Shown: piece by piece, positions 1 through 10,234 of the stretch
Layout of the letters: each line of letters opens with the position of its first letter
How positions within the stretch are numbered: the stretch's first letter is position 1
IMG/VR virus record: IMGVR_UViG_3300029448_000015
Location: 8,477-72,476 of that record
DNA: 64,000 bases
Source of the DNA: a virus
Strand: one strand, 5' to 3'
Notes under the pieces: model-generated
Seen by the model: the letters and a program-made list of their open reading frames with translations, nothing else
Databases searched by the model: none
Told to the model about the DNA's origin: nothing
Program-made: the position numbers and the translations under genes

Positions 1-2
1 TT

Positions 3-2783
3 ATAATTAAAGCTGCTGTTCCTGTTTTATCTGGTGGAATTGGATTTGATGGAACAATCGTTACTCCTTCAAAAGTTTTTGGTACTGAAAATTATAGTGA
101 TTTGTCTTTTGATGAAAGAAGAAAAATACTACTAGAGCAAAGACAATCAAAAGCAAATAAAGATAATCGTAAAGCAGCTACTTTATATGCAGAAAACCCT
201 AATAAAAAATCTAACGAACTGTCTTCATTTTTAGGACAAGTAGCTGGATCGTTAATGTCTCCTACTACTCTTGCTCCGACATTAAGACTAACAAAAAGTG
301 CTAGTGCAGCTTTAGCAGGACGGCCAGTATTAAAAAGAACTGCTGAAGATATTGGAACAGGGGCTATTTACGGAGGTCAATATAGTATATTAGATCAAGT
401 TGCCAAAGAAGGAGAGGTAGACCCTTCAAAAACAATAAGAGATACAGGTGTAGGGGGATTAGCAGGACTTTTCCCAGTAGGAGTTTCTGGAGTTTCTCAA
501 GTAGCTAAAGCTGCTGTAACTTCAAAACCAGTATCTTTTATTACGGATGCTGCTACTGTTCAAATTAAATTAAAAGCCGTACAAAACAAAACAAAAGTCT
601 TACAAAAAGAAATAGCTGAAAGAATAGTTACTCAAACTCCTGATGTTCCTGCTTCACAAATAATACAACAAGCTAAAAATTCTTTAGGAATGACTAATGC
701 AGAATTAAGAGATATCTACGCTTATGGAGATTTCCAATATCCTAGTGCGGAAGATGCTTTAAAAATTACTGCTGCAAAAGAAAATCCTATTTCTTCTAAA
801 ATAAAACTTGGAGAAACAATAGACGAGTTTATAACTCCTATAAGTACAAGAATAAAAAATTTATCTCTTCCTGTTTTTGGAAGTTTAAGACAAATGGAAT
901 TTAACTTATCTGTCAATAAAGCACGATACCTTAAACAAAGTGAAGACTTTATAGACAGTCTCACAAAACTTAAAAGATCTAAATTAATAGGTGGAGGCTC
1001 AACAAAAGTTAAAGAAAATTTAAAAAAATTTGAAGTTAAATTATTTAACGGAGATTTTGTTGGAGCTAAAAAAATAGCTTCAGATAATTTTCCAGAACTG
1101 TTAAAGCCTTTAGATAAAATTATTAATAATAAAACTGGAGTTTTGCCTAAATTATATAAAGCTTTAAAGAAGTCAGGCTCTTCCGTAGCGTTTAGAGAAA
1201 ATTATTTTCCTAGAGTAGTAAAAGATTTAAAAGGATTAAATTCTGTTTTAGAAAAAGATCCTAAAAATGATGCAGTTAAATTTTTAGATAAAATTGCTTT
1301 AGCTTCTAAAAGAACTAGTTGGAAAGAATTAACTAATGAGGAACAAATAGAAGGGTTAAATAAATTTTTTCAAGTTAGAAATTTACAAGCAGCAAAAAAA
1401 GGATTTAATGCACAAAGAAAAATAGAAACTCTTGATGAATCTTTGTCAGAATTTTATCACTCTCCTAGTGAATCTTTGTATATGTACATTAATTCAGCAG
1501 TTACCGATATTGAGTTAAGAAATTTTTTAGGGACAAAAAGCACTATAGAAGAAGGAGGTATTTTAAAAACACTAGATTTGAGTAAAAGTGTAGGTAGTAA
1601 AATTTTACAGACTGCTCCTAAAATATCTCAAGAAAATTTAGAAAAATTAAAACATCTTTTAGAAGTTAGACTTAACGCTGAAAAACTTAAAGCTTCTGAT
1701 ACTCTTATAAATATAAAAGATATTCAAACTATGGTAACTCTAGGACAAGTTGATTCTGCAATAACTCAGCTTGGAGATTTAGGAAGTGCTATTTATGTAA
1801 GTAATTTAGCTGCTGCTATTAAAGGATTAGCTAAAGCAGCTACTAATAAAACAAGAGTAAATGTTGAAGAATTAGGTTTAATAAATAATATAACAGCAGA
1901 TTTAAACTCAAATGGATTTTTTAATAAAGCTACTGATAATGTTTTAAAAGCAATTCAATTTAGAAGAGCAGATAGGTTAGGAAAAGAAACTTTAATAGAA
2001 GGTGCTTTAGAAGCTAATGCTAAACTTGCTAGAACAAACCCTCAAAAAATAGTCTCTGAATGGGGAGAAATTTTTGGTAAAGACGTAAATAAACTTATTG
2101 GAGATTTACGATCTGAAACAATTAGTGAAGAAGTTAAATTATTTTTGTTCCACAAGTTAAGTGATATACAACCTATCACTCTTTCTGAAATGCCTGAAAA
2201 ATATTTAAAGATGCCTAACGGCAGAATTTTTTATGCGTTAAAAAGTTTTACTTTAAAACAATTAGATGTTGTTAGAAGAGAAGGACTTTCTGAAATAGCT
2301 AAAGGAAATTATTCTAAAGGGTTTAAAAACTTAATGTCTTGGGGAGTTACCTTTGGATTAGTTAATGGCACAGTACAATCATTTAAAGATTCTCTTTTAA
2401 ATTTAGAAATGGATGTAGGTATAGACGCTATTTCAGATGAAGCGTTTGAATCTTTTGCTTCTTTGTTATTCTTAAACAAATACAGCAGAGAAAAATATTT
2501 TGGAGAAGGAATTATTCCTCAGGGAATAGATTTTGGACTTGGAGTTATTTCTCCACCAGCTTTAGATCTGGGAGAAGATGTAGGTAATTTTATTAATAAC
2601 CTGTACAAAGAAGTAGATGAAGATAGTGAAGCTGATCCAGAATATTTTGATAAATTTTTAACAGATAAAATCCCTCTTTTCGGAAGAGTTTGGTACAACT
2701 GGTTTGGCGGTGGATTAGAAAAACGAGCAGAGCGTAAGAAAAAAGAGGAACAAAAAGAAACAAGAAAATACTTTGCTTTGTAA
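3..2783 (+). CDS. Large internal virion (ejection/core) protein, set A; 5'-truncated by the window edge
   Basis: Frame is open from position 3, so the TTG at 102 is probably not the true start. Last gene of a structural operon; NYFPRVVKD resembles NYLPRMWSR in 32959-36543. Confidence 0.65.
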   Translation: MIKAAVPVLSGGIGFDGTIVTPSKVFGTENYSDLSFDERRKILLEQRQSKANKDNRKAATLYAENPNKKSNELSSFLGQVAGSLMSPTTLAPTLRLTKSASAALAGRPVLKRTAEDIGTGAIYGGQYSILDQVAKEGEVDPSKTIRDTGVGGLAGLFPVGVSGVSQVAKAAVTSKPVSFITDAATVQIKLKAVQNKTKVLQKEIAERIVTQTPDVPASQIIQQAKNSLGMTNAELRDIYAYGDFQYPSAEDALKITAAKENPISSKIKLGETIDEFITPISTRIKNLSLPVFGSLRQMEFNLSVNKARYLKQSEDFIDSLTKLKRSKLIGGGSTKVKENLKKFEVKLFNGDFVGAKKIASDNFPELLKPLDKIINNKTGVLPKLYKALKKSGSSVAFRENYFPRVVKDLKGLNSVLEKDPKNDAVKFLDKIALASKRTSWKELTNEEQIEGLNKFFQVRNLQAAKKGFNAQRKIETLDESLSEFYHSPSESLYMYINSAVTDIELRNFLGTKSTIEEGGILKTLDLSKSVGSKILQTAPKISQENLEKLKHLLEVRLNAEKLKASDTLINIKDIQTMVTLGQVDSAITQLGDLGSAIYVSNLAAAIKGLAKAATNKTRVNVEELGLINNITADLNSNGFFNKATDNVLKAIQFRRADRLGKETLIEGALEANAKLARTNPQKIVSEWGEIFGKDVNKLIGDLRSETISEEVKLFLFHKLSDIQPITLSEMPEKYLKMPNGRIFYALKSFTLKQLDVVRREGLSEIAKGNYSKGFKNLMSWGVTFGLVNGTVQSFKDSLLNLEMDVGIDAISDEAFESFASLLFLNKYSREKYFGEGIIPQGIDFGLGVISPPALDLGEDVGNFINNLYKEVDEDSEADPEYFDKFLTDKIPLFGRVWYNWFGGGLEKRAERKKKEEQKETRKYFAL

Positions 2784-2785
2784 AG

Positions 2786-2959
2786 CTACTGAGTAACTAC
2801 TATAGTTTTATTGTTTTTAGTTAAACAAACAGCATTAACTTCGTATCTTTTTTCTAAATCTTTTAGAAGAGTTGTACATTGGTCAGTTTGATCTGGGCCT
2901 GTAAACACTTTAAATAAAAACCAAGTGCTTATTGTTACTAGATATAAGCTAGTAGTCAT
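2786..2959 (-). CDS. Hypothetical 57-aa protein (not in ORF track)
   Basis: Read by hand: MTTSLYLVTISTWFLFKVFTGPDQ...VVTQ*; ATG overlaps the TGA of the upstream gene. Confidence 0.55.
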   Translation of the reverse strand: MTTSLYLVTISTWFLFKVFTGPDQTDQCTTLLKDLEKRYEVNAVCLTKNNKTIVVTQ

Positions 2960-3279
2960 TTAGAATCTTCAATCGTTGTAATCATTTTTTCTAAATAGTA
3001 TTGAGCTTTCTTTAAATCTTTTAAATGATCCTTATATCTCCATCTATGGAGGTACTTCATTACATTACCTTCGCAGTAAACAAAAAAGTTTTCCCCTAAT
3101 TGCTGCTCAATGTATTTGATTGCCTCCATACCTCCTTTATTGTAGTGTTCGGGCCTAGTAATTACGTCAAATTTTTCTTCTTCTTCTTTTTCTTTAGTAT
3201 CTACAATAGAGACATTCAAACTGTCTTGTTTATTTTTATCCCATTCTTCAGTAGTAACGTCATTTAATCTTTTTTTCAT
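2956..3279 (-). CDS. DUF3310 (T7 gp1.7-like nucleotide kinase family) protein, set A
   Basis: RPEHYNKGGMEAIKYI...GNVMKYLHRWRYK...DLKKAQYYL motif; start moved to the ATG after a GGAG SD. Confidence 0.8.
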   Translation of the reverse strand: MKKRLNDVTTEEWDKNKQDSLNVSIVDTKEKEEEEKFDVITRPEHYNKGGMEAIKYIEQQLGENFFVYCEGNVMKYLHRWRYKDHLKDLKKAQYYLEKMITTIEDSK

Positions 3280-3283
3280 CGTG

Positions 3284-3685
3284 TTATTCTCCTGCGGTAG
3301 CATAGTCAATTAATTCTGGAATAGTATCTAAAGTAAAAAAAGGTATTCTTTCTTTTCGACACCAATTCCCCATTGTTAATTTACTTCCTTTCCGTACTTT
3401 TTTATTAGGGTCAGCCAGTAAAAAAATAAAATCTTTGCCTTCCTCAATAAACATATCTCTTACTGCTTTGTATTTTTGTACATCCCCTTCCCTAAAAAAT
3501 CCTTTACACTCTACATATAACTTTTTGTTATAAACAAAGTCTGGAACATATATTCTAGGTATAACGTAAGGGAGGGCTTCAGGTTCAAACTTCATCCTTA
3601 TTTTATTATGGATTGCTTCAGCAAAATTCTTTTCAAATTTAGATCTATACTTATTTTTAGGGCGTACAGATTTGCTTTTTTTCAT
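3284..3685 (-). CDS. T7 endonuclease I-like resolvase, set A
   Basis: YRSKFE...YVPDF...VECKGFF motif. Confidence 0.8.
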   Translation of the reverse strand: MKKSKSVRPKNKYRSKFEKNFAEAIHNKIRMKFEPEALPYVIPRIYVPDFVYNKKLYVECKGFFREGDVQKYKAVRDMFIEEGKDFIFLLADPNKKVRKGSKLTMGNWCRKERIPFFTLDTIPELIDYATAGE

Positions 3686-3686
3686 T

Positions 3687-3896
3687 TTAAATCCTAGCTA
3701 TCCAATGAACTTTTGAAAGCTTTTGTTTTTTTAGTGCAGCAGAGTATTGCTCAAAATTAACATCTCTTGATTTTTCTGCTCTGCATTTCCGACACTCATA
3801 AAAAACTCCTGTAGTGAACTGTTCTATATCGTCACATTCACAAAATTTACATACGTACTTTTTTCTTTTTAAAGCTTTTTCTTTTTTAGAATTCAC
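3687..3896 (-). CDS. Small Cys-rich (zinc-ribbon-like) protein
   Basis: CKFCEC and CRKC pairs; fits the operon. Confidence 0.55.
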   Translation of the reverse strand: MNSKKEKALKRKKYVCKFCECDDIEQFTTGVFYECRKCRAEKSRDVNFEQYSAALKKQKLSKVHWIARI

Positions 3897-4767
3897 TGGC
3901 TAACACCTTAAAATTTTGTTCTTGTACTTTAGGTTCTTTAACTACTTTCGTTAAAAACACTGGGCCTCTAGCATAGTTAAAGACTCTTAAATTAGGGTAA
4001 CAATGATGTTTAAACTCACAATAAGAACACCCTATTGCTAATTTTCTATTTCCTAATTTACCTTCAGGGACATCTTCATAACAAAATTCTTTTGGTTCTG
4101 ATTTACTAACTACTCTTTTAATATGTTCAATCTGTTCTGCAATGTCTCCCTGAAGATTCTCATACATAGGATCTTTTTTATCTTTCAAGTCATGTTTTAA
4201 ATAAGTAATGTGTCCATTCTGTTTATCCATCGCTAACCAACCAAATTCAGTTTCATTCTCTGAATAGGCATAAGCTTTTATTTGTCCTATGTAACCAAAA
4301 GGATCGTCTTCAGCTACTTTTCTATCTTTAAATTTTTTAAAACCAAATACTGAAGCTGATTTAACGTCAGTTAAGACACCATCTATCTTACAGTCCATAG
4401 AACCCTGAACACCTCTAACTTCACAACGCTTTTGTTCATCAGTTACTTTATGTCCAGACATTCTAGTTAAAAACAAAAGCATTTCTTCTATGAGATGTCC
4501 GTACATAAATTTAAGTAAGGTGTAAGGCTGTAATTCTTCTGAAGGAGTTTCGTGGTATTTATTCCAAATGTATTTATCAGGTCTGCCAATTAAAGACATA
4601 CGGAGTTTTCTTTTATCTTTATTACGATCAACTAAAAATTGATTTCGCATTAACTCTTTAACTGATTCACCAAACAGTTCTATATTTTTTTCTATGTCTA
4701 TTTCATCAGAAGTTTCTTTTGTAGAAAGAAGACTGTATATGTCTTCTACTAATGTGTCTGTTCCCAT
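3886..4767 (-). CDS. PD-(D/E)XK (Cas4-like) exonuclease, set A
   Basis: GSMDCKIDG..DVKSAS, QIKAY, C-terminal CSYCEFKHHC; homologous to 40703-41551. Confidence 0.8.
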   Translation of the reverse strand: MGTDTLVEDIYSLLSTKETSDEIDIEKNIELFGESVKELMRNQFLVDRNKDKRKLRMSLIGRPDKYIWNKYHETPSEELQPYTLLKFMYGHLIEEMLLFLTRMSGHKVTDEQKRCEVRGVQGSMDCKIDGVLTDVKSASVFGFKKFKDRKVAEDDPFGYIGQIKAYAYSENETEFGWLAMDKQNGHITYLKHDLKDKKDPMYENLQGDIAEQIEHIKRVVSKSEPKEFCYEDVPEGKLGNRKLAIGCSYCEFKHHCYPNLRVFNYARGPVFLTKVVKEPKVQEQNFKVLASEF

Positions 4768-6473
4768 GAGTCCCCCACTTTATATTCTCCGTCCAATGGA
4801 CATTTTAAATTAAAACGATTACCTGCTGCTCTAATACAGCTAACTGCAAGCTTACCAAATTCTTCTGCTTTTTCTTCACTAACTTCAGATTGAATTTCAT
4901 CGTGTATATTACCAACAAATTTAAAATCTATTCCCCAAAGCTTTGCATATTCATCCAACAGTACCAAAGCTTTTTTCATTACTAATGCACCTGCTGATTG
5001 TAGTAATGTATTTAATGCTGAGTGTTCTGAGCGTACAAAAAGCTGTCTCCCGTCTAACCCTTTTAGTGTTCCCTTTGATCTGACCTTTTGTACAACTCTG
5101 TCTCTAAGCTCTTTAAGTGACGGGACACGATACAAAAATTGTTCTCTAAGAAATCTTCCATCCCCTTTGCTTCCTCCAACCACTGAACCAAGTCTTTCAT
5201 CTCCTGCTCCGTACAAGAAGGCATAGATAAAAGTTTTTGCTGTATCTCTTGATTTAAGTCCTGCAAGCTTTTGATTAAGGGAGTGTATATCTCCGTTAAT
5301 AATTTCATTAGTGTACCCTTCATTATTCATATAGTGGGCTAACATTCTCAGTTCTAAACCAGAGGCATCAACTCCGACTACTTTGTACCCTTCTTTAGCA
5401 ATCCAACAAGAACGACATTCTTTCCCGTAAGGTGAATAGACTGCGGGGACTTGAGCCATATTTGGTTTAGAATGAGTAAATCTGCCAGTAACTGCACCAT
5501 TAGTATTTACATACCCATGAACTCGATTGTCTTTATCTGCTACATCTAACCAACTTTGTACCTGCGCTTTTCTCTTTTGAATGGTAATGTATTCAGCAAT
5601 CAGTTTAGCTTCTGGTATATCAACATTAGCTAACGTAGATTCATCTACAATAGGGTGATTATTATCTGTAAATTTATCAGGTTCCCATCCTGCTTTTTGT
5701 AAACAAACTGCTATCTGTTGCCTAGAAGATAAATTAAAGGGGCGATATTCTATCCTGCAAAAGTCCCCAGAAACAGTCTGCCAATCGTCACCTAAGAACT
5801 TTAAACCTACCTTACTAAACTCATTAGTATTCTTTTTAATCTTTGGAGTAATGACTTTGATAAAAGTAAACATAGGTTTAAATGTTTTATGCACCTCATC
5901 TTCTATTGCGTATAGCTTCTCCTTAAATTCTGCTACTAAGGAAGTCGCTAAAGAGTGATCCAACAACCACCCATTGTTAATTTGTTCTTTAATTATGGAC
6001 TGTACTTTGTGTTCTAGCTCGATGGAATCAGGATTAAATTCCCTTAACTCTAATTCTAATTTTTTTAGAACTTGCTCTGTAACTGCGACATCTTGCTCAC
6101 AATATTTAATCATCTCACAAGATAATTTTTCCCATTCATTATGCGAACCTTTAGGAAAGTTTAGTCTTTCTCCCCAAGCACGTAAGCTATGCCCTCCTTC
6201 TCTGGATGGGTTTGCTAGTCGAGACAATACAAGACTGTCTAGTAATTGATAGGATGCCAGATCTACATTCCAAAGTTTCTGAAGAACAGGGAAATCAAAG
6301 GCAATGCCATTATGAGCAACAATAGTATCAACTTCGACAGTCGCTAAAGCAGCTTTAAATTCTGCTTCAGAATAAACTGTAGGAAATAGATTGGATGAAC
6401 AACACCATATTCTTGTAGGTGTCAGCCCATCAGTTTCTATGTCAAGAATTAATGTGTTTAGTAATAAGTTCAT
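4749..6473 (-). CDS. Family A DNA polymerase with 3'-5' exonuclease (T7 gp5-like), set A
   Basis: DIETDG, HNGIAFD, TGR, DASGLELRMLAHY, AKTFIYAFLYG, HDEIQ. Confidence 0.95.
   Translation of the reverse strand: MNLLLNTLILDIETDGLTPTRIWCCSSNLFPTVYSEAEFKAALATVEVDTIVAHNGIAFDFPVLQKLWNVDLASYQLLDSLVLSRLANPSREGGHSLRAWGERLNFPKGSHNEWEKLSCEMIKYCEQDVAVTEQVLKKLELELREFNPDSIELEHKVQSIIKEQINNGWLLDHSLATSLVAEFKEKLYAIEDEVHKTFKPMFTFIKVITPKIKKNTNEFSKVGLKFLGDDWQTVSGDFCRIEYRPFNLSSRQQIAVCLQKAGWEPDKFTDNNHPIVDESTLANVDIPEAKLIAEYITIQKRKAQVQSWLDVADKDNRVHGYVNTNGAVTGRFTHSKPNMAQVPAVYSPYGKECRSCWIAKEGYKVVGVDASGLELRMLAHYMNNEGYTNEIINGDIHSLNQKLAGLKSRDTAKTFIYAFLYGAGDERLGSVVGGSKGDGRFLREQFLYRVPSLKELRDRVVQKVRSKGTLKGLDGRQLFVRSEHSALNTLLQSAGALVMKKALVLLDEYAKLWGIDFKFVGNIHDEIQSEVSEEKAEEFGKLAVSCIRAAGNRFNLKCPLDGEYKVGDSWEQTH
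5063..5308 (-). CDS. Candidate nested +1-frame ORF (81 aa) inside polymerase A
   Basis: GAAGGG 7 nt before ATG; counterpart at the same position in polymerase B (42153-42404). Confidence 0.45.
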   Translation of the reverse strand: MKLLTEIYTPLIKSLQDLNQEIQQKLLSMPSCTEQEMKDLVQWLEEAKGMEDFLENNFCIVSRHLKSLETELYKRSDQREH

Positions 6474-7008
6474 TGATAGGGGTCAAGTCTCGAATTAGTA
6501 CGCCATAAGTATCATTTACAAATTTAAAAGAGAGTCTATTTGGATCTCGTTCTCCCTTCTCAAAAAAATCCGCTTGATTGTAAAAGTCTTCTTTTAGCAT
6601 AAACCCTAATAACCAACACTTCGTTAAATCCTTAGTGACTCTAGTAAACACATAAGCATCACAATTTTGTTGCGTATTAAAAGCAGATACTAAACAGTTG
6701 TAATGAGGCATAGGTTTAACATTTGTAACGGAAGATTTAACGTCTAATTTATTAATACTTTTTCCTTTTGAGTCTTCAACTTCTTCTATAAGAATGTCCC
6801 AATCATAACTATTGTTCCACTTTACAGATACTCTATTGTCTGCAAGATATTTATAAACGACTCCTTCCCCTATAAAACCATAAATGTTACCTGCACCTTC
6901 AGTAAGACTATTCTTTAATGTCCCCATTGTTTCAGATTTTTCTGAGGCAATGTCTATGATGTCCTGAGAAACAGTTACTTCTACAATGTCAGCAAGTTTA
7001 AAAGTCAT
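6442..7008 (-). CDS. Putative PD-(D/E)XK nuclease-fold protein between primase and polymerase
   Basis: GFIGE...YDWDIL...LDVKS spacing. Confidence 0.55.
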   Translation of the reverse strand: MTFKLADIVEVTVSQDIIDIASEKSETMGTLKNSLTEGAGNIYGFIGEGVVYKYLADNRVSVKWNNSYDWDILIEEVEDSKGKSINKLDVKSSVTNVKPMPHYNCLVSAFNTQQNCDAYVFTRVTKDLTKCWLLGFMLKEDFYNQADFFEKGERDPNRLSFKFVNDTYGVLIRDLTPINELITKHINS

Positions 7009-8656
7009 CTGAATTATCCCCAGTTGGTTTTTGTGTCTCCTGCATCCTACCTATTTCTTGATCGTACTTTAAGTAAGTCGCTGGCCCTGTTAAACCAGTG
7101 TATCTATTTTTTAATACTCTAACTGTTGTTACATTTCGTATATGTTCGGACTCATTTTGTTGATCTCGTTCTAATCCAATCACGATGTCCGATAACTGAG
7201 CAATAGCCTGAGATCCTCTTAGCTCACTAAGACTAATCCTACCTCCATCTTCATGCGCTGTTCCGTTAGATCGTCTTAAATGAGACACTAAAAACAATCC
7301 AATACCTAACTCCTGCACTAAAGATCTGAGTTTAGTCATAATGGCATCAATGTTCTTACGCTCATCTCCTCCTTCCTGCGAGGAAACAACAATAGATAAA
7401 TGATCTAAAACAATCCATTTGCACTCCAAAGCTTTAGCCATGTATCTAACGTGAGACATTAAACTGTCTTCATTAGTCGATCCCCAGTGATCTAGGAGAT
7501 AAAATCTGCCTGTTCCTAAAGTTGAATCCCAGTAAGGTTTAAAGTCTTCTGTATCTGTATCCTCGTCAAGATGAAGAGGTTTATTAGCAGCCATCGACAT
7601 GATACCCAGTGCTGTTCTAGTAATGGATTCCTCTAACGCCAATACACCAAGTTTATCTTCAGTCTCTGTAAAGAGATGGTGCTGTATTTCTCTAACCAAA
7701 TGAGACTTACCCATGCCACTACCTGAAGTAACAGTAACTAACTCAAAGGGTCTAATTCCTTTTGTTAATTTATTCAACCCTCCCCACGGATACGGGATAC
7801 TACTAATCTTTCTATCGCTAAGTAATGTGCTCCAAGTTTCTTCTCCTGCAATAATCCCGTCTGGGCGGTACTGTTTAGCAGCCCACCAACAACTAACAAA
7901 ATCCTTAATGCGATTCGCCATTAACATTTCGTTAGCGTCTTTCATTGGTAACGTACAGATCTTTAGTTTGTTGGGACTGAATAAATCTTTAACGGAATCT
8001 AGTGCGGTTTTCCCTGCTGAATCATTATCGAAACAAAGCACTACCTGTTCGTAGGATTCCTCCAACCATTTTAAATTCTCCTGCAATTCTTTCTTTGCTG
8101 CTTGCGCTCCATTGCGTAAAGAAACTACATCCCATTTCCTATCAAACATTTCACTAATAGAAAGTGCATCTAGTTCCCCTTCACAAATAGTTATAAATTT
8201 CCCTCCACCAACAGCGCAAGTCTGGTGTCCAAAGAGTCCTAAATCTCTGTTCTCTCCTGAAAAAGAAAATTGTTTATCCGCTACATAGCGAGTCTTAACT
8301 GCTAGTTCCTGTAGGGATTCTCTGGAATAGTAAGGGTAATGGTGTTTATGGATTTCACCTGTAGAGGAATACTCTACTCGTACATTAAATTTTCTACAGG
8401 TTTCTTCCGATACCCTACGTGTTTGGATTTCGGCTATAACTCCTGACATTTCGTTTTTTTCTCCTGCAAATCGTTGGTAATTCGTCTGTTTTGTTAGTTC
8501 CTCATTTGTTGCGGGTTCAAAATAATTGCAACCGGAGGAAAAACACCAAGCATGTCCATCACTATAACGTGCTAAGTTATTGGTGCTGTTACAGGACGGA
8601 CACGCCTCATGTCTAACAAACACACTCTCAGTGTTTGTTGACTCGTTCATTGGCAT
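6998..8656 (-). CDS. T7 gp4-like primase-helicase, set A
   Basis: Zn finger CPSC..WCFSSGC, TOPRIM EGELD and FDND, Walker A SGSGMGKS, DHL, LRGS, KNRYTG. Confidence 0.95.
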   Translation of the reverse strand: MPMNESTNTESVFVRHEACPSCNSTNNLARYSDGHAWCFSSGCNYFEPATNEELTKQTNYQRFAGEKNEMSGVIAEIQTRRVSEETCRKFNVRVEYSSTGEIHKHHYPYYSRESLQELAVKTRYVADKQFSFSGENRDLGLFGHQTCAVGGGKFITICEGELDALSISEMFDRKWDVVSLRNGAQAAKKELQENLKWLEESYEQVVLCFDNDSAGKTALDSVKDLFSPNKLKICTLPMKDANEMLMANRIKDFVSCWWAAKQYRPDGIIAGEETWSTLLSDRKISSIPYPWGGLNKLTKGIRPFELVTVTSGSGMGKSHLVREIQHHLFTETEDKLGVLALEESITRTALGIMSMAANKPLHLDEDTDTEDFKPYWDSTLGTGRFYLLDHWGSTNEDSLMSHVRYMAKALECKWIVLDHLSIVVSSQEGGDERKNIDAIMTKLRSLVQELGIGLFLVSHLRRSNGTAHEDGGRISLSELRGSQAIAQLSDIVIGLERDQQNESEHIRNVTTVRVLKNRYTGLTGPATYLKYDQEIGRMQETQKPTGDNSDDF

Positions 8657-9078
8657 TAGAAATCAGCCGAAGTAACTGATTCCTCCTCCTCTGCTAATTC
8701 CAAGATTTTAACCGCTGACAAATAAGTAGGGACACCATGTTCAGGATTCTCTTTTCCAAGAGTAAACTTCACTCTAACCTTAGATCCTCTAGGCAAATTA
8801 GTCCCTACAAATTCAGTGTTATCTTCATTAAGAATCGGGAAGCTGTAGCGAGTTTGAAACTTTCTCTGCAAGATAGGATCTCCTGAAGGATTCCCGCTAT
8901 CGTCAGTAGGTTGATAGGTTTTTACTTTAACCTTCGCTGATTCCAACTCACTGACTGTCTCTTTTGATAGAGACAATGTGATGTTGAAATATTCAGTAGG
9001 TCTACCCATATAAGTATCAGTCTCCCAAAGATTCTGAAAGATTGATTCTCCTTCTGCTACTAAAAAGTTTTGAGCCAT
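8656..9078 (-). CDS. Single-stranded DNA-binding protein (gp2.5-like), set A
   Basis: GSKVRV...LSAVKILEL, acidic tail ending in F; immediately upstream of primase. Confidence 0.7.
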   Translation of the reverse strand: MAQNFLVAEGESIFQNLWETDTYMGRPTEYFNITLSLSKETVSELESAKVKVKTYQPTDDSGNPSGDPILQRKFQTRYSFPILNEDNTEFVGTNLPRGSKVRVKFTLGKENPEHGVPTYLSAVKILELAEEEESVTSADF

Positions 9079-9299
9079 ATCGTTTGTTCTCCTAGTTTAC
9101 GTCTGTTTTCTATTGTAAAACTGCCGATTAACCTTAGTGAAGGTACGTCAGTCACCTTTCCTCCTACCATCCTTACATTTAGGGCTGATACGAAAAAACA
9201 TTTTGTGCATAAATTTGATGGGGTATTGTCGTTATGATCCACCAACTGCACTAATTCTTCTTCTGAGAGAATTGCATTACACCCTCTACATCTACTCAA
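9060..9299 (-). CDS. Small zinc-finger-like protein
   Basis: CRGC and CTKC. Confidence 0.55.
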   Translation of the reverse strand: MSRCRGCNAILSEEELVQLVDHNDNTPSNLCTKCFFVSALNVRMVGGKVTDVPSLRLIGSFTIENRRKLGEQTIWLKTF

Positions 9300-9304
9300 A
9301 AGTC

Positions 9305-9577
9305 TTAAAAAGGAAAATCTCCTTCATCCTCATCAAAGTAATCATCAGCTATTGTCTTATCTCTTAGATTGAATAAAGCAATATCATCTAACGATTCATA
9401 CTTCCTTCGCAAATTTTCTTTTGCATTCATTAAAACTGCATTATGAGGCATGAATACTAATTCATCCTCCACTAATTCACAGATAGCTAAATTCCTAGAT
9501 CGTTTAGGGAATGGACTGTCTTCTCTATCATCAGGAAGATTAACTAACTTTTTGTCTTTATAATCATCAAACGACAT
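9305..9577 (-). CDS. Hypothetical protein
   Basis: GGAGG SD, coupled start, operon context. Confidence 0.6.
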   Translation of the reverse strand: MSFDDYKDKKLVNLPDDREDSPFPKRSRNLAICELVEDELVFMPHNAVLMNAKENLRRKYESLDDIALFNLRDKTIADDYFDEDEGDFPF

Positions 9578-9736
9578 TAGACACTAACCTCCCAGACTAA
9601 GATTACGGCCATAGTATAAACTGCTACTGCAATAACAAGCATTGGAATGGGCCTTTCTGAGTATTGCTCAAAAGTCCAATCAATCAAATCCATAAAAGAG
9701 TTGTACACTTCTTTCCCAAATTTTTTTACGATGTTC

Positions 9737-10234
9737 TTAGTCTCCAATTTTTTGATCCTCCAAATAATTTCTAAAATTGTCATTAGCAATATCCACCATC
9801 ATTTGAACATCCCTCAAATTGGAATGATGATAGTCCGTTGTAACTGGAATTGGTTGCCACAAAAAATATTCTTCACTAGGGATTTCATCCCAATCATTAA
9901 AATAAAATGCCACTGGGGAAACTGTCATGATTCTCGACGAAAAATACCCAACTGAATCATCAATCTCTTCATCTTCCTCTAAGCTAAAATCGAACATTAG
10001 TAGACCATCAACTGCTTGATTGGCAAACAATCCCATATCAATTTTCAATGATTCAAAATCTTCTTTTTTGAATTCAACTTCGCAAAAGTCTCGAAATTGG
10101 GACTGACACAACCAAGAATTGTGATAGGACTTCAAAAGGTTTTTTTCGGTGATGTTCAATTTGCCGTTCTTGCACGCTAAGCTGAACGTCAAATGTTCCA
10201 AGATTGGTTTCATCAGTTTATTAGGGTGAGTCAT
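9737..10234 (-). CDS. Hypothetical acidic protein
   Basis: Start moved to MTHPNK after a GGAG SD. Confidence 0.55.
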   Translation of the reverse strand: MTHPNKLMKPILEHLTFSLACKNGKLNITEKNLLKSYHNSWLCQSQFRDFCEVEFKKEDFESLKIDMGLFANQAVDGLLMFDFSLEEDEEIDDSVGYFSSRIMTVSPVAFYFNDWDEIPSEEYFLWQPIPVTTDYHHSNLRDVQMMVDIANDNFRNYLEDQKIGD

